Source: a virus
Taxonomy: Duplodnaviria; Heunggongvirae; Uroviricota; Caudoviricetes
Direction: 5' to 3' (one strand)
IMG/VR virus record: IMGVR_UViG_3300009709_000002
Location: 1 to 64,000 of that record
Length of the DNA: 64,000 nt
Shown here piece after piece: positions 29,409-39,279 of the stretch (position 1 is the stretch's first letter; each line of letters starts with the position of its first letter). The notes below the pieces were generated by a model. That model was not told the DNA's origin, ran no database searches, and saw only the letters and a list, made by a program, of their open reading frames with translations. Both the position numbers and the translations under genes were made by a program.

Positions 29409-30137
29409 TTACTTAGCCGCTGGCGCGCCTACAGTTGAGAGCAGCTGCTTCTTTGCAGCGAGCTCGTTCTTGACGAAGTCGACAGAGAGACCGAAGCGGT
29501 TCTCGACCGAGCCAATGTCTGCTTCAGCTGCTTGAGACTGCATAAGCAACTGATTTGTCTCAGTGTCATTCTGAGCTGCTTGCTCTTGAAGACGCTGAAT
29601 TTCTTGCTGACGTTGTTCGATCTGCTGCGCGATCTGCACATTTTGATTGTGCAATTGATCGGCACGCTGCTTCGGTGCATCGACTTCAGTACGACGTCGT
29701 TGATCCGAGACGCCTTTGAACAGAACTCGTTGGCCTTCGACGTCCGCAATGTGCATGTCGATGGAACCGCTGATTTGCTCGAAGGTGCGCGAACCGCTCT
29801 TGAGAACTGAGGCGATCGCGGCACGAAGACGCATCGTTTCATCCGGGATGATGGACTCGAACGTCGCGGCTTGCTCCAGAAAAGCAGAGTAGGCGCTCGG
29901 TTTCTTGGCCACGACATCGCGTAGCTGTGCGATCATGTCCGGATCCGGAGCCATCGAGTTGATGGGCAGCGGAGCGATGTACTGAACTGGTTGACCAGGG
30001 ACAGCAGGTGCTGCCATCGCCTGTTGTTGTGGCTGAGCCGGAGTCTGGGCCGCCGCGGGCTTTTCATCTGTTTCTACTACCAAGCTCGCGATGGAAGACA
30101 GCCAGCTTTTGCCTGCTTTCTTCTCTTGGTTTGACAT
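29409..30137 (-). CDS. coiled-coil protein, first gene of transport operon
   Basis: Start MSNQEKK (SD AGGA); promoter at 30205-30234. Confidence 0.75.
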   Translation of the reverse strand: MSNQEKKAGKSWLSSIASLVVETDEKPAAAQTPAQPQQQAMAAPAVPGQPVQYIAPLPINSMAPDPDMIAQLRDVVAKKPSAYSAFLEQAATFESIIPDETMRLRAAIASVLKSGSRTFEQISGSIDMHIADVEGQRVLFKGVSDQRRRTEVDAPKQRADQLHNQNVQIAQQIEQRQQEIQRLQEQAAQNDTETNQLLMQSQAAEADIGSVENRFGLSVDFVKNELAAKKQLLSTVGAPAAK

Positions 30138-30324
30138 ATTTGTCCTGTGGATAGCCAAATGTTTTTCTGCTTAGCGGACATTTGGTGTAACCGCTATGAA
30201 AGTAATAGTAACATAGGTGGCCAATGATGTAAATCTTTTCTCAAATAAAAGCTAACATTTTTATATGCTTTTTACACAGCAACGGCGCACCTTAGCCACC
30301 GGTGCGCCGCATATTACAAACTAA

Positions 30325-31026
30325 TTAAGCTTCACTTACTTCATAAGCAGCTTTGTAGTCATAGATCATGCACTCACCATTGCGTAGAACTACAATAGAG
30401 TTGTCCTCAAGAAGTTCAGGCTTTACTTGAATGCTATCGAAAGCTTCCTTAGAGGTGCTAGCGAAAACTCCGTTTTCAGAAGCACCAATGTACATGTCAT
30501 CTGACTTGCGAGAAAGAACGATAGTGTTTTTGTCATGGTGGTCGATCGCTGCGATAGAAAAATAGCCACGAAGGTCTTCCATGGTAAGGCTCAAAGCTTC
30601 AACAAGTCCAAGCTCCATGAATTCTGTCGTCATGTACCAGTGCAGCATGCTTGAGATGATTGCACCCGGAACGTCAGCGAGAGATCGAACATCATAACCC
30701 TTCCGCGTGACGAGATCAATCAGCTCTTCCATATTGATCAGCTCGCCTTCAAATCCAATGACGAGTCGATCAAAGCACTTCAATGGTTGAATTGCATACT
30801 TGGTAAAGTGCTCGGTGATTCCAAAGCCTGACGAAGCATCTGCACCAGTCGCATGGTCAAGAGCTTGCAAAGCATTCATCGTTCGTGTAATGCGGATTCC
30901 TTTCGGAATGACCATCGCTACCCCGCTTGAATCTCGTTCTTCTGGCTTCATAGCGTTGAGGCCAGTGACGATGAAATCTAGAGCAGGCTTATTTTCGAGC
31001 ATCGATGCTGCTAGCAATCCACTCAT
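30325..31026 (-). CDS. class II glutamine amidotransferase (GlmS N-domain)-like, catalytically degenerate
   Basis: MSGLL (vs MCGI), DSSGVA, QP, G.LIN, LRGYFSIA, SRK..MYIG; Cys1 replaced by Ser. Confidence 0.7.
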   Translation of the reverse strand: MSGLLAASMLENKPALDFIVTGLNAMKPEERDSSGVAMVIPKGIRITRTMNALQALDHATGADASSGFGITEHFTKYAIQPLKCFDRLVIGFEGELINMEELIDLVTRKGYDVRSLADVPGAIISSMLHWYMTTEFMELGLVEALSLTMEDLRGYFSIAAIDHHDKNTIVLSRKSDDMYIGASENGVFASTSKEAFDSIQVKPELLEDNSIVVLRNGECMIYDYKAAYEVSEA

Positions 31027-31904
31027 ACGGCCACCGGAAACTTAACAAATGGCCCAGATTCATACCCTACAATGTCGAAATCTTCAAGTTTGAAGCCATC
31101 AATGTCGGTAGTTGGGTTCTTTATAATGAGCCTGGTAGGACAATCAATAGGGTCATTGATCATGACCTCTGCTTTCAGCTTTTCAATGTGATTGGCGTAG
31201 ATGTGAGCATCACCATAGTTCACCTTAAGGAAACGCGGTGTTAGGCCAGTGCACTGCGCAAGAAGGTGAGTGAGCAGACCATATTGTGCGATGTTGAACG
31301 GAGCACCAAGGACTGTATCCCAAGAACGTTGGCTCATCATCAAGTCAAGGTGACCATCATTTGAGACGTAGCACTGAAAGTCACGATGACACGGAGGTAA
31401 TCCCATCAGATGAATCTGGCCTGGATTCCAAGCGGTGACGATGTGACGACGGCCTCGAGGATTTGTTTTGATCGCTTCAATCAAATTTTTGATCTGATCA
31501 ATCTTCGGCTCATAGGTAAATGAGTTACCTTGATTGAATGGATAGAAGGGTTCACCTGGTGGAATGTCCCAGATGTTGTTGGTAGCTTTTAAAGGAGCTG
31601 GCCACTTACGCCATTGAACCCCATACACCGGCCCGAGATTTCCGTCTTTGTCTGCCCACTCATCCCAGATGTGACAGTCATACTCATGGAGAAATTTGAT
31701 GTTGGGTTCACCGCGAAGAAACCAAAGCATCTCTACAAAAGCATGCTTCCATAGAGTTTTCTTGATCGTGACGAGTGGAAAGCGCTTACGGAGGTCGAAG
31801 CTGAGATGCCCGCCGAAAATTGAGTAGGCACCGGTGCCTGTTCTCTCATCTCGGAATTCACCGTTGTCGATGATGTTTTGTAGTAGATCTTTATACTGCT
31901 TCAT
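31023..31904 (-). CDS. thyA: thymidylate synthase
   Basis: RTGTG, EMLWFLRG, LGPVYGVQWR, LPPCH, QRSWD..LGAPFN. Confidence 0.96.
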   Translation of the reverse strand: MKQYKDLLQNIIDNGEFRDERTGTGAYSIFGGHLSFDLRKRFPLVTIKKTLWKHAFVEMLWFLRGEPNIKFLHEYDCHIWDEWADKDGNLGPVYGVQWRKWPAPLKATNNIWDIPPGEPFYPFNQGNSFTYEPKIDQIKNLIEAIKTNPRGRRHIVTAWNPGQIHLMGLPPCHRDFQCYVSNDGHLDLMMSQRSWDTVLGAPFNIAQYGLLTHLLAQCTGLTPRFLKVNYGDAHIYANHIEKLKAEVMINDPIDCPTRLIIKNPTTDIDGFKLEDFDIVGYESGPFVKFPVAV

Positions 31905-31908
31905 TGCT

Positions 31909-32244
31909 TTACTTCTTTGTGTAGGTGACGTTGTAAAACTTCATTTGCTTTACTTCATCATAGGTCGTGCTGATTGTTGCGACATACGTTGGAACAGGAT
32001 CTCCCATGCTGATTTCATCAAAGTGATGGCTGATCGCGATGAGTTCCGTCGTTACGCTGTGATTATGAGCTGGTTCGGTTGGAGAAAGAAGATAAGGCAT
32101 CAGTGATCCCTTAAAAGCTAGACTTTGTGGGTCATCGCCAGTGAGATCACCGAACGCTTCATTCGAGATTACAACTCGCCCAAGCCTTATCTTTCCGTAG
32201 TTCTTAAACGGATTGTGGTGGTACAGTGGTATGTTGAACTGCAT
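31909..32244 (-). CDS. hypothetical protein
   Basis: ORF in operon. Confidence 0.65.
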   Translation of the reverse strand: MQFNIPLYHHNPFKNYGKIRLGRVVISNEAFGDLTGDDPQSLAFKGSLMPYLLSPTEPAHNHSVTTELIAISHHFDEISMGDPVPTYVATISTTYDEVKQMKFYNVTYTKK

Positions 32245-32455
32245 TGTTTTTTGAATTGAAGTATCGTCTTACCAAGTATCCACGAGCAAGTGAGATCACC
32301 ATGAACCACAGGCAGATTTCAAGATTGTCTTGGAACTGAACTTTGATGTTGAAGAACGGAAAGATTACCAGCTGGCTGATCAGCCCCGTGAGGAAGCTAA
32401 TCGATACGCCAACTACCGCTTCAACAAAGCTTTGGAGCTTTGTTTGAATGCTCAT
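32204..32455 (-). CDS. small phage membrane protein
   Basis: QTK.QS.VEA...SLARGYLVRRYFN pattern. Confidence 0.75.
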   Translation of the reverse strand: MSIQTKLQSFVEAVVGVSISFLTGLISQLVIFPFFNIKVQFQDNLEICLWFMVISLARGYLVRRYFNSKNNAVQHTTVPPQSV

Positions 32456-32540
32456 GCGATTTTGATGACCCTGTAATATTCGTAAGCTCTTTCACGAGCA
32501 GTTTCGTGCGCCTTAACCAAGGCTTCAAGCATATCAATCA

Positions 32541-33197
32541 TTACGCTGCTACCTTTCCTACCCACTTGGCTAGGATACCTTCGGTGTCAGGAGCTTTCCA
32601 ACCTGCCGGCTTGATAACGTCGAATGTAGATCCACGCTTCGAATCAGAAGCCTTCGTGGCACGTTCTTTCGACATGTTGGCACGCTGAACGTCAGCCCAA
32701 AATTCATCCCAACAATCTTGAGTCAGACCCATCTCAGCTGCGCCGAAGACAGCATTTTGATAGATTGCGACGAGTGAATCTTTTACACCCGCGGTGTTGT
32801 TTGCAGCGTGAGCGCTCTTATAAGCATCGATAGCGCGATGGAACTTTTCCGACAGTTCGGTGTGGAGATCCTTTGACAGGAAAACAGGACCATTGTAGTT
32901 TTCAGTGCGGCCAACAGTGAAAGTATTGTCAACCGGATTTTCAACAGCGAAGTCAAATTCTGCAGGTTGAATACCATGTAGCAGTGCAGCACCACACGTA
33001 ATGTAAACCAAGTCGATAAGCGAATCAATGGCAGTACCGAGATCGCCTTGGTCAAATGAGTCTTCGTATTCCTTGAGCTCTTCATAGAAGAAACCAACAC
33101 GGAACTTAAGGAGATCTGGAGCGAGGAAGGTAAATGCAGGCGGTGTTACGAGACCAAATTTGTCGTGAAAATCACGAACGTCTTTCGAATACGACAT
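32541..33197 (-). CDS. MazG/PRA-PH-like NTP pyrophosphohydrolase
   Basis: V.DFH.KF, EELKE, DSLIDLVY, VQRANMSK, KP.GW.AP. Confidence 0.85.
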   Translation of the reverse strand: MSYSKDVRDFHDKFGLVTPPAFTFLAPDLLKFRVGFFYEELKEYEDSFDQGDLGTAIDSLIDLVYITCGAALLHGIQPAEFDFAVENPVDNTFTVGRTENYNGPVFLSKDLHTELSEKFHRAIDAYKSAHAANNTAGVKDSLVAIYQNAVFGAAEMGLTQDCWDEFWADVQRANMSKERATKASDSKRGSTFDVIKPAGWKAPDTEGILAKWVGKVAA

Positions 33198-33277
33198 ACT
33201 TTGTTATCATCTCCGGATGAGTGTTTATGATGAGATTATATTTCAACTATTACAGGGTGTATATTTTAGCTTGCTAC

Positions 33278-33299
33278 AAAGGAGGCCGAAGCCTCCTTT
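33278..33299 (-). terminator. intrinsic terminator
   Basis: AAAGGAGGCCGAAGCCTCCTTT. Confidence 0.75.
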
Positions 33300-33319
33300 T
33301 CACTCAATTAAATGAGCAA

Positions 33320-33910
33320 TTAGAACTTGATATTGCCGTGCTGGTACACGCCAAAGTACTGGTGCTCAACTGCGATATCAACAGAATCATCGACATCGAG
33401 AATCTTTTCGAACAGGTTGCGAGCATCTGCACCGAATTCAGTTGCGTCCTTGCTGTGGTTCAGCGTCGCACGACGGTGATTGTAAATCACAGCGGTGCTG
33501 ATCCAAGCTTCGAAGTACAGAACAGGAGTTCCGTCAGCTGCAGTGATGTGCTCGAAGTTGCCATCTTCATCGATGTGAACTTGACTGACGATCGCCAGGC
33601 GACCACCGCGCGATCCGCTTACGTCCGAGTAGCCTGCCCACTTGTCGATGGCATCACAGATATCCTTCGCTTCATAGTTCGTGAGGTTCTTTTCACGATC
33701 GATGACCTGGATGATGACGCGATAAAAGTCAGCGTTACCAGTGCTGTTTGCCAGGTCCTTCACACGTTCATTGATGAACGAGCGATCGTTGACGAGGTTC
33801 GAAGCCAGGAACTTCGAAGTACGCGGGTCAAGCTCGATGAATGCCTTAGCGATCGAGAGACCAGAAGCGTGACGGTTTGCTACATTGCCTGGAGTGATGA
33901 TTTCGTACAT
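33320..33910 (-). CDS. hypothetical protein
   Basis: Start MYEIITPG (SD AAGGA). Confidence 0.75.
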   Translation of the reverse strand: MYEIITPGNVANRHASGLSIAKAFIELDPRTSKFLASNLVNDRSFINERVKDLANSTGNADFYRVIIQVIDREKNLTNYEAKDICDAIDKWAGYSDVSGSRGGRLAIVSQVHIDEDGNFEHITAADGTPVLYFEAWISTAVIYNHRRATLNHSKDATEFGADARNLFEKILDVDDSVDIAVEHQYFGVYQHGNIKF

Positions 33911-33962
33911 TTTGATTTCCTTATGAAAAGTGATGGCATAAATATGCCATGGAGGACTTATA

Positions 33963-34655
33963 ATGGTTAATGACAATATTCACTACGTTTACGTCTATCT
34001 AGATCCAAGACGACCGTCGCAATGGAACGTTCTCAATAAGTTTACTTTTGACTATGAACCATTTTATGTAGGTAAGGGCAAAGGATCAAGAATGCTAGTT
34101 CATTTGCGAGACACTTCTGCTACAAGAAAAGTAAACAAAATCAAAGCGATCAAACAATTAAATCTTGAACCAATCATAGTTAAGGTCATAGAACATCTAT
34201 CAGATGATGAATCAAAAGCTATTGAAAAATCTATGATCGCCGATCTTGGCACAATTGAGATTGTGCACAATGTAAAACGTGGGCCACTTACCAACTTAAC
34301 AGAAGGCGGTGAAGGTGGTAAACCAAGTGAAGCTGGAATTCAAAGAATAAGAGAATCTAAACTTGGAAAGTCTCGTACAAATTACAATCCAACAGCAGAA
34401 ACTAGACTTAAACTTGGTGCTGCCCACAAAAACAAACCAAAATCAGATGCTCAAAAGAAGAAAATATCTAATGCTCATCAAAAATTGTGGGATTTAGAGT
34501 TTAATGACGGACGACTACCAATAACAATTAAATCTCTCAAAGCATATTGCATTGAAAACGATCTAATTTACTCCTCTATGAAGGGAACGTTAAAAGGCGG
34601 ATTTCATAGAGGAGTAAGAGCTATCAGAAATTATTCTGAAAATTCAACCAAATAA
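33963..34655 (+). mobile_element. free-standing GIY-YIG (LEM3-like) homing endonuclease with NUMOD3-like motifs
   Basis: YVYVYLDPR..PFYVGKG...R, LTN..GGEG, KPKS...KKKIS; AT-rich; inverted; own late box at 33938. Confidence 0.85.
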
Positions 34656-35947
34656 CGAAGATTTGCTTGCGATGTGCGATACACAATAATTTCATCATTT
34701 AGCACACCAGACTTTCCAGCTTCAGCGAAGCATGAATCGAATCCAGCCTTCTGCCCATTTCCAGTTGAACGAGGATAGTATGGTTTGCCTAGAGCTACAT
34801 CTGCGAGAAACATATAACACACCGTGTCACGTTTGTTAGAGTCCCAATAACCAAAGCTGTAATTGAGTGATTTTGTAGAAGCTGTTGCAAAATATAATCC
34901 GTTGCCAAACAATGCTCCAGCAATTTGCATTGTAGACAATGTTTTAGGAAGCACCAATCCACGTTTCATAATGCTAAGCACATTGAACATACGTGTTCCA
35001 TGCCAAAGCATTTGAATATTACCGACATTCTTTCCGTCTGCTTCAAAAGCAGACGCCATATGTGGAATATCTACTTCATATACTCGCACTGGTTTCAATT
35101 TTGAAGCAACATGCATATCCTTTCGAGTATCATAATACTTCTTAAAGATAGATGCTTCTAGAGCTTTATCTTCTACAACCTTGAGCTTCACTTCAAAAGT
35201 CGATTGAGCTGGCTTACCATCATTCTTCTTAGGCGCCTTAGCAGCATCTACGAGACGTTGGTTGGCGAGATCAACCGATGTTTCAAGCTGATCGAGCAGT
35301 GACGATTGCTTAGCAATGTCTTTGTCGTCAGAGATGAAATAGCGGTGCCATCCACGATTTGAGGGTGTGCGCTGTGGAACGAGGCGAAGATAATCGCCAA
35401 GAGCTTTGACGTAGTCAGGATTGTCGAAGTCACGTTTGATCACGAACTTCGTCATGTCTGCTAGGTGATCTCGAGCTGCATCAACCGCTTCACCGGTGAT
35501 CACACCCATCGCAGTGGAGATGATACCAGTTGAGAGATCGATGTCCATCGCTCCGCCGGTCGATGCGATCAGTTCATGTCGGTTAGCTTCAGCCAGCTTC
35601 TTAACGAGAGTAGACACAACCGGACAGCCTGCGCCGATTTCGGCTTCAGCGATCTTCTTGAGTTGTTCTTTCGAAAGGCTTGAACCAGAGGCAACAGGCG
35701 TTTGCTTTGCAGCAACGATCTGAATTTCTGTGTAGGGAGCGGTTTTGTCGTTCAGCTTCTCACGAATCTTCGTGTTGAGCTTCTTACGATCGAGAGTTTG
35801 TGGCTTCGTGGTGGTTGATGTAACATCGATGCGACCATAAGTGAAGGTCATCGTGTTGTCATCATAGACGGAGTATTCCCAGAACTTGTTGTTGTTTTCA
35901 AGCGGGTTTACTGCGACATACTTCTTATGTTCAATTACGGTTGCCAT
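34631..35947 (-). CDS. PARP-like ADP-ribosyltransferase (WGR-like + regulatory + catalytic domains)
   Basis: NNNKFW..YGRI; LWHGT, GALFGNGLYFA, KSLNY, LNDEIIVY (H-Y-E triad). Confidence 0.9.
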   Translation of the reverse strand: MATVIEHKKYVAVNPLENNNKFWEYSVYDDNTMTFTYGRIDVTSTTTKPQTLDRKKLNTKIREKLNDKTAPYTEIQIVAAKQTPVASGSSLSKEQLKKIAEAEIGAGCPVVSTLVKKLAEANRHELIASTGGAMDIDLSTGIISTAMGVITGEAVDAARDHLADMTKFVIKRDFDNPDYVKALGDYLRLVPQRTPSNRGWHRYFISDDKDIAKQSSLLDQLETSVDLANQRLVDAAKAPKKNDGKPAQSTFEVKLKVVEDKALEASIFKKYYDTRKDMHVASKLKPVRVYEVDIPHMASAFEADGKNVGNIQMLWHGTRMFNVLSIMKRGLVLPKTLSTMQIAGALFGNGLYFATASTKSLNYSFGYWDSNKRDTVCYMFLADVALGKPYYPRSTGNGQKAGFDSCFAEAGKSGVLNDEIIVYRTSQANLRYLVEFSE

Positions 35948-36040
35948 TATGAGAGTTCCAACTAACTTATTAACGAGAGACTACTTAACGATTATGAATG
36001 CATGGAAGAACTGTGTTTTGTTCTTCCATGACTTTATTTA

Positions 36041-36277
36041 TCAAAAGTGATCTGCGACGGCCTGTACACAGGCTCTTTGCTCTATGTCATCGTTATGTAC
36101 CTGAACGATGTGTTCTGCTAAGGTCTGTCCAACGTTAAAAGCTATGGCACCTTGTTGGAGCATGTACTTCCCGGTAAAATCTACCCTCACCTTGAATTCT
36201 TTCTCAGTGAAGATTGATCCATCTTTTGCAACCCATTTTGCATTCTGAAATTTATGCATTTGTCTTTCGTGGTGCAT
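36041..36277 (-). CDS. hypothetical protein
   Basis: ORF coupled to the ligase stop codon. Confidence 0.65.
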   Translation of the reverse strand: MHHERQMHKFQNAKWVAKDGSIFTEKEFKVRVDFTGKYMLQQGAIAFNVGQTLAEHIVQVHNDDIEQRACVQAVADHF

Positions 36278-37419
36278 CAGTCTTCCTCGGCTACTGAGTC
36301 AAGCAGGTTGATATTTTCAAGTGAATAACTGCTAAGCAGATTCTGTTCAAAATACTTCAAGACATCTTGATAAGAATCATAGCTATGATCGGTGTACATT
36401 CGCATAGCGATCTTGAAGTGCGGATGTTCTCTGTATTTGTTTACTGCTTCGATACGAGAAAGATCTTTCACGCTCATAAAGAGCCGATTCATTTCATCAG
36501 CAATCAATCGCAGATCAGTCATAACTTCCCATTCTACCGCGACGATCGGTGCGATATCAAGACCATCACCGACTAGCTTTGCCTTCAAGTCATCGATACT
36601 TTCATCGATCACCATGCGTGCAATGTCTCGAACACGAAGGAACGTCATGGCGTGGTGTCGATCCATGTACCACTTGGTCTTCACCTTTACCATCTCACCG
36701 TTTTCAAACTGAGCTATCCAACCTTCAAGACCTTCTTCAACTTCAGCACGAGCCAATAGCTCATCGATCGTGCAAAGCTTTATTTCATCTACAAGATCAA
36801 TTCCATAAGCCATCGACAGCTGAGCCAACTCAGTTGGATTGCTGTACACGCCTGTCGTGTTGTCACGAACATGCAGCAGCTTCAACTGATCTTCAGGATA
36901 TGACACTACGATTCGAGCTTTTGGTGAGGTCCACTCGAAAATAGCCGTCTTCCCTTCTTTCGCGATGCGTCTTGCAAAACCACGCCAAAGGCAGTTAACA
37001 TCCTTGTTGAGCCAATCGGTCGCAGCTTTCGCTACGTCAGATTCAAAACTCTTCTTCGACTTCAATGCAACTTCGCCATTTAGCCAAACCGTGTGGATCA
37101 TCGAGCCATCGCGCTTATCCATCAAGCGCATGATCTTTCGACCTTTCAAAACGTGAGCAAGCGTATGTTCCTTCTCATTCACATTGTGAAACTTGTGCAG
37201 CGGACGGCCGATAACATTTCCCTCGGCGTCGAAAGTGATACCGCGAGCTTCACGAGCAAACTCGTCGCTGAAAGTATCTGGTCCAGAGATAATGTAGCTG
37301 CAAATGACAGAGCCATTTGGTTGGTTCATAAAGCGAATTTCTTCTTTATGTGCCAACTTTGGTTCAAGGTCTGAGCGATGGTGTATCACTGGAAAAGGTT
37401 GTGCCTTAAGAAATGTCAT
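36277..37419 (-). CDS. rnlA: T4 Rnl1-like RNA ligase
   Basis: EARGITF, RPLHKFHN, KRDGS, FEW, EGW, KVKTKWY. Confidence 0.9.
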   Translation of the reverse strand: MTFLKAQPFPVIHHRSDLEPKLAHKEEIRFMNQPNGSVICSYIISGPDTFSDEFAREARGITFDAEGNVIGRPLHKFHNVNEKEHTLAHVLKGRKIMRLMDKRDGSMIHTVWLNGEVALKSKKSFESDVAKAATDWLNKDVNCLWRGFARRIAKEGKTAIFEWTSPKARIVVSYPEDQLKLLHVRDNTTGVYSNPTELAQLSMAYGIDLVDEIKLCTIDELLARAEVEEGLEGWIAQFENGEMVKVKTKWYMDRHHAMTFLRVRDIARMVIDESIDDLKAKLVGDGLDIAPIVAVEWEVMTDLRLIADEMNRLFMSVKDLSRIEAVNKYREHPHFKIAMRMYTDHSYDSYQDVLKYFEQNLLSSYSLENINLLDSVAEED

Positions 37420-37446
37420 TCTATATCACACTTTGTTGTTGGTATA

Positions 37447-38229
37447 TTATTTTGCTTTTAACGCGTCCAAGAACGATTCAGAGACAATGTTCTTCAATTG
37501 CTGCGCCTTGATTCCCTGTAGGTTAGGAGTCAAGTTACGGTGCGTGAGTTTCTCTACATCTGCAATCGGGTGCACGTATTCAATCGGTTTGTGACCTTTG
37601 ACAGCGTTGGTATTGGTGACAATGAAGGCAATTCCTTCATTTCTCTTCAAGTCGATGTCGACCTTAAAAGTAGCGATCGGAACTGCTACGTGATCTTCAC
37701 CAATAGTCGAAGGTGCACCAGGACAAAAGATCGGGCCTGTGATGACGTAGATATCGCCACGTTCGATCGCTTCGTGTCGAGTGAAGTCTTCAATCTCACG
37801 CCAAACTACTCGGTTATTAGCTGGAGCTTGCGGAACCATGTTCGACAGTAAGAAACTTTCCTGCATTTCGATCGTGTCATCATGGAAATCACCTGCTGGC
37901 GACATGTGACCTTTGTCAAAGCCGCTATGCACAAAATCGGCTGGAGTTGCTCGCTCATTTACAGGAAGCGAGGTGTCAACTTCAAAGGGCTTGCGTGGTT
38001 CAGCGCCAGTGAGGTTAGCTCCAAGCAAATGCTCGGCCGAGTAGAGTGGATCCTTCAAAGCTGGATCATAGTCTACCGTGTAGGCTCGACGGCATAGTTG
38101 GATCGTGTCTGACCCGGCTACTTTGGTTGGATAACCATACGGCAACAGTTGGTCGCATGGGCTAGTAGCGTAGGCCGCTCCAGAAAAGAGGCAAAGCAAT
38201 ACCAGCGCTTTAGAGAGAAATTTGGTCAT
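37447..38229 (-). CDS. secreted DNA/RNA non-specific endonuclease (NucA/EndA family)
   Basis: Signal peptide; DKGHMSPAGD, NMVPQ, N...W...E. Confidence 0.92.
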   Translation of the reverse strand: MTKFLSKALVLLCLFSGAAYATSPCDQLLPYGYPTKVAGSDTIQLCRRAYTVDYDPALKDPLYSAEHLLGANLTGAEPRKPFEVDTSLPVNERATPADFVHSGFDKGHMSPAGDFHDDTIEMQESFLLSNMVPQAPANNRVVWREIEDFTRHEAIERGDIYVITGPIFCPGAPSTIGEDHVAVPIATFKVDIDLKRNEGIAFIVTNTNAVKGHKPIEYVHPIADVEKLTHRNLTPNLQGIKAQQLKNIVSESFLDALKAK

Positions 38230-38233
38230 GTTG

Positions 38234-38824
38234 TTAGTTAGAGAAGATTTGATCGATCTGCTTGAACAGATTTTCTAGGCCTTTGGATTTGTCATTCGTG
38301 ATCTGGATATCAACCCATTGATCGAATGTAATCCCGGCCTCTGACGCGTGGTTGTAACGAGCATCTCGTTCCAAGCCTGGAACTTCAATATAGAGCAAAA
38401 CAGCGTCATCGTAGCTGCGAATCCACTCAGCCTCGTTCTCAAATCGAACGTCAGTGATGATTAGACCACGGCTAGTCGTGACGTACTTCTTAAGCTCTTG
38501 CTCTGCTCGCTTGATCCACACATCATCGCGAAGCATTCCTCGGCCATATTCCGTGCCGAGCAGCTGCATAGCTTTACGTGGAGTGAAGTTCCAAAATGGA
38601 TCGACATGCTCTTTGAGCACTCGGTCTTCCATCTGCTCCATTGTGAAACCGAACATAGCGATACACGCTTCTTTCAAAGGGCGTGCAAAAGCGTATCGGC
38701 CGAAGCGGTCTGGAAACTTTGCTTGAATGTAGGTGGCTACTGTGTCTTTGCCACCGTTGAGAGGACCGTGAATGCCGATCAGGTTGAGACCGTCGACAAA
38801 AGGTTTATTATCGTTTGAACGCAT
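38234..38824 (-). CDS. deoxynucleoside monophosphate kinase (T4 gp1-like)
   Basis: G...GGKDT, FARPLK, PR..MQLLGTE, DVRFENE, HASE. Confidence 0.9.
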   Translation of the reverse strand: MRSNDNKPFVDGLNLIGIHGPLNGGKDTVATYIQAKFPDRFGRYAFARPLKEACIAMFGFTMEQMEDRVLKEHVDPFWNFTPRKAMQLLGTEYGRGMLRDDVWIKRAEQELKKYVTTSRGLIITDVRFENEAEWIRSYDDAVLLYIEVPGLERDARYNHASEAGITFDQWVDIQITNDKSKGLENLFKQIDQIFSN

Positions 38825-38952
38825 GCACTACTCAATTAGCTGCGTTAGGTGAGCAGTGAAGCTCGTCTCCGCTTAGCGGGTATCCTATTGTTTGTAATTC
38901 TAATCCAAGTGTGCGAGCTTGGATATTTTAGCAGCTAATTGAGTGAGAAAAC

Positions 38953-39186
38953 TTAGAAGGTCTTGAGGAAGTTGGAAAACATGAGGAGATCGGCGATAGC
39001 ACCAGTCAGGCAGAGAATGCCGATGGCGACCCAGCCAAAGAAGCGGAGCATTAGCTCATTGACGGTTTTCTCGTCACGGCCCATAAGTGCGTAGGCATCT
39101 GAGCGTGTGAACATCACGATGGTGAGGAGAATGAGAATCAGAACAACTTCGATCGCAGCGGAGATTTGAAATGGAAGAGTGCTCAT
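38953..39186 (-). CDS. small two-TM membrane protein
   Basis: Two hydrophobic segments; start uncertain. Confidence 0.6.
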   Translation of the reverse strand: MSTLPFQISAAIEVVLILILLTIVMFTRSDAYALMGRDEKTVNELMLRFFGWVAIGILCLTGAIADLLMFSNFLKTF

Positions 39187-39279
39187 TTTTATTTGTGTGA
39201 GTGGTCCTGAGAGGCCCTCGTCTAGAAAGATGGTATGGTTACCTTTCAAACTAAACGAGGGTCATGCTTGATCGCTAGC

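Noticed and set aside
26511-29438. 975-aa plus-strand ORF (also 42528-44090, 39830-40888, 23305-24204 and similar)
   Set aside because: Antisense shadows of well-supported minus-strand genes, explained by codon bias; no motifs or SD
32452-32541. 29-aa ORF bridging two genes (similar case at 55876-55968)
   Set aside because: Plausibly translationally coupled but too short to support a call
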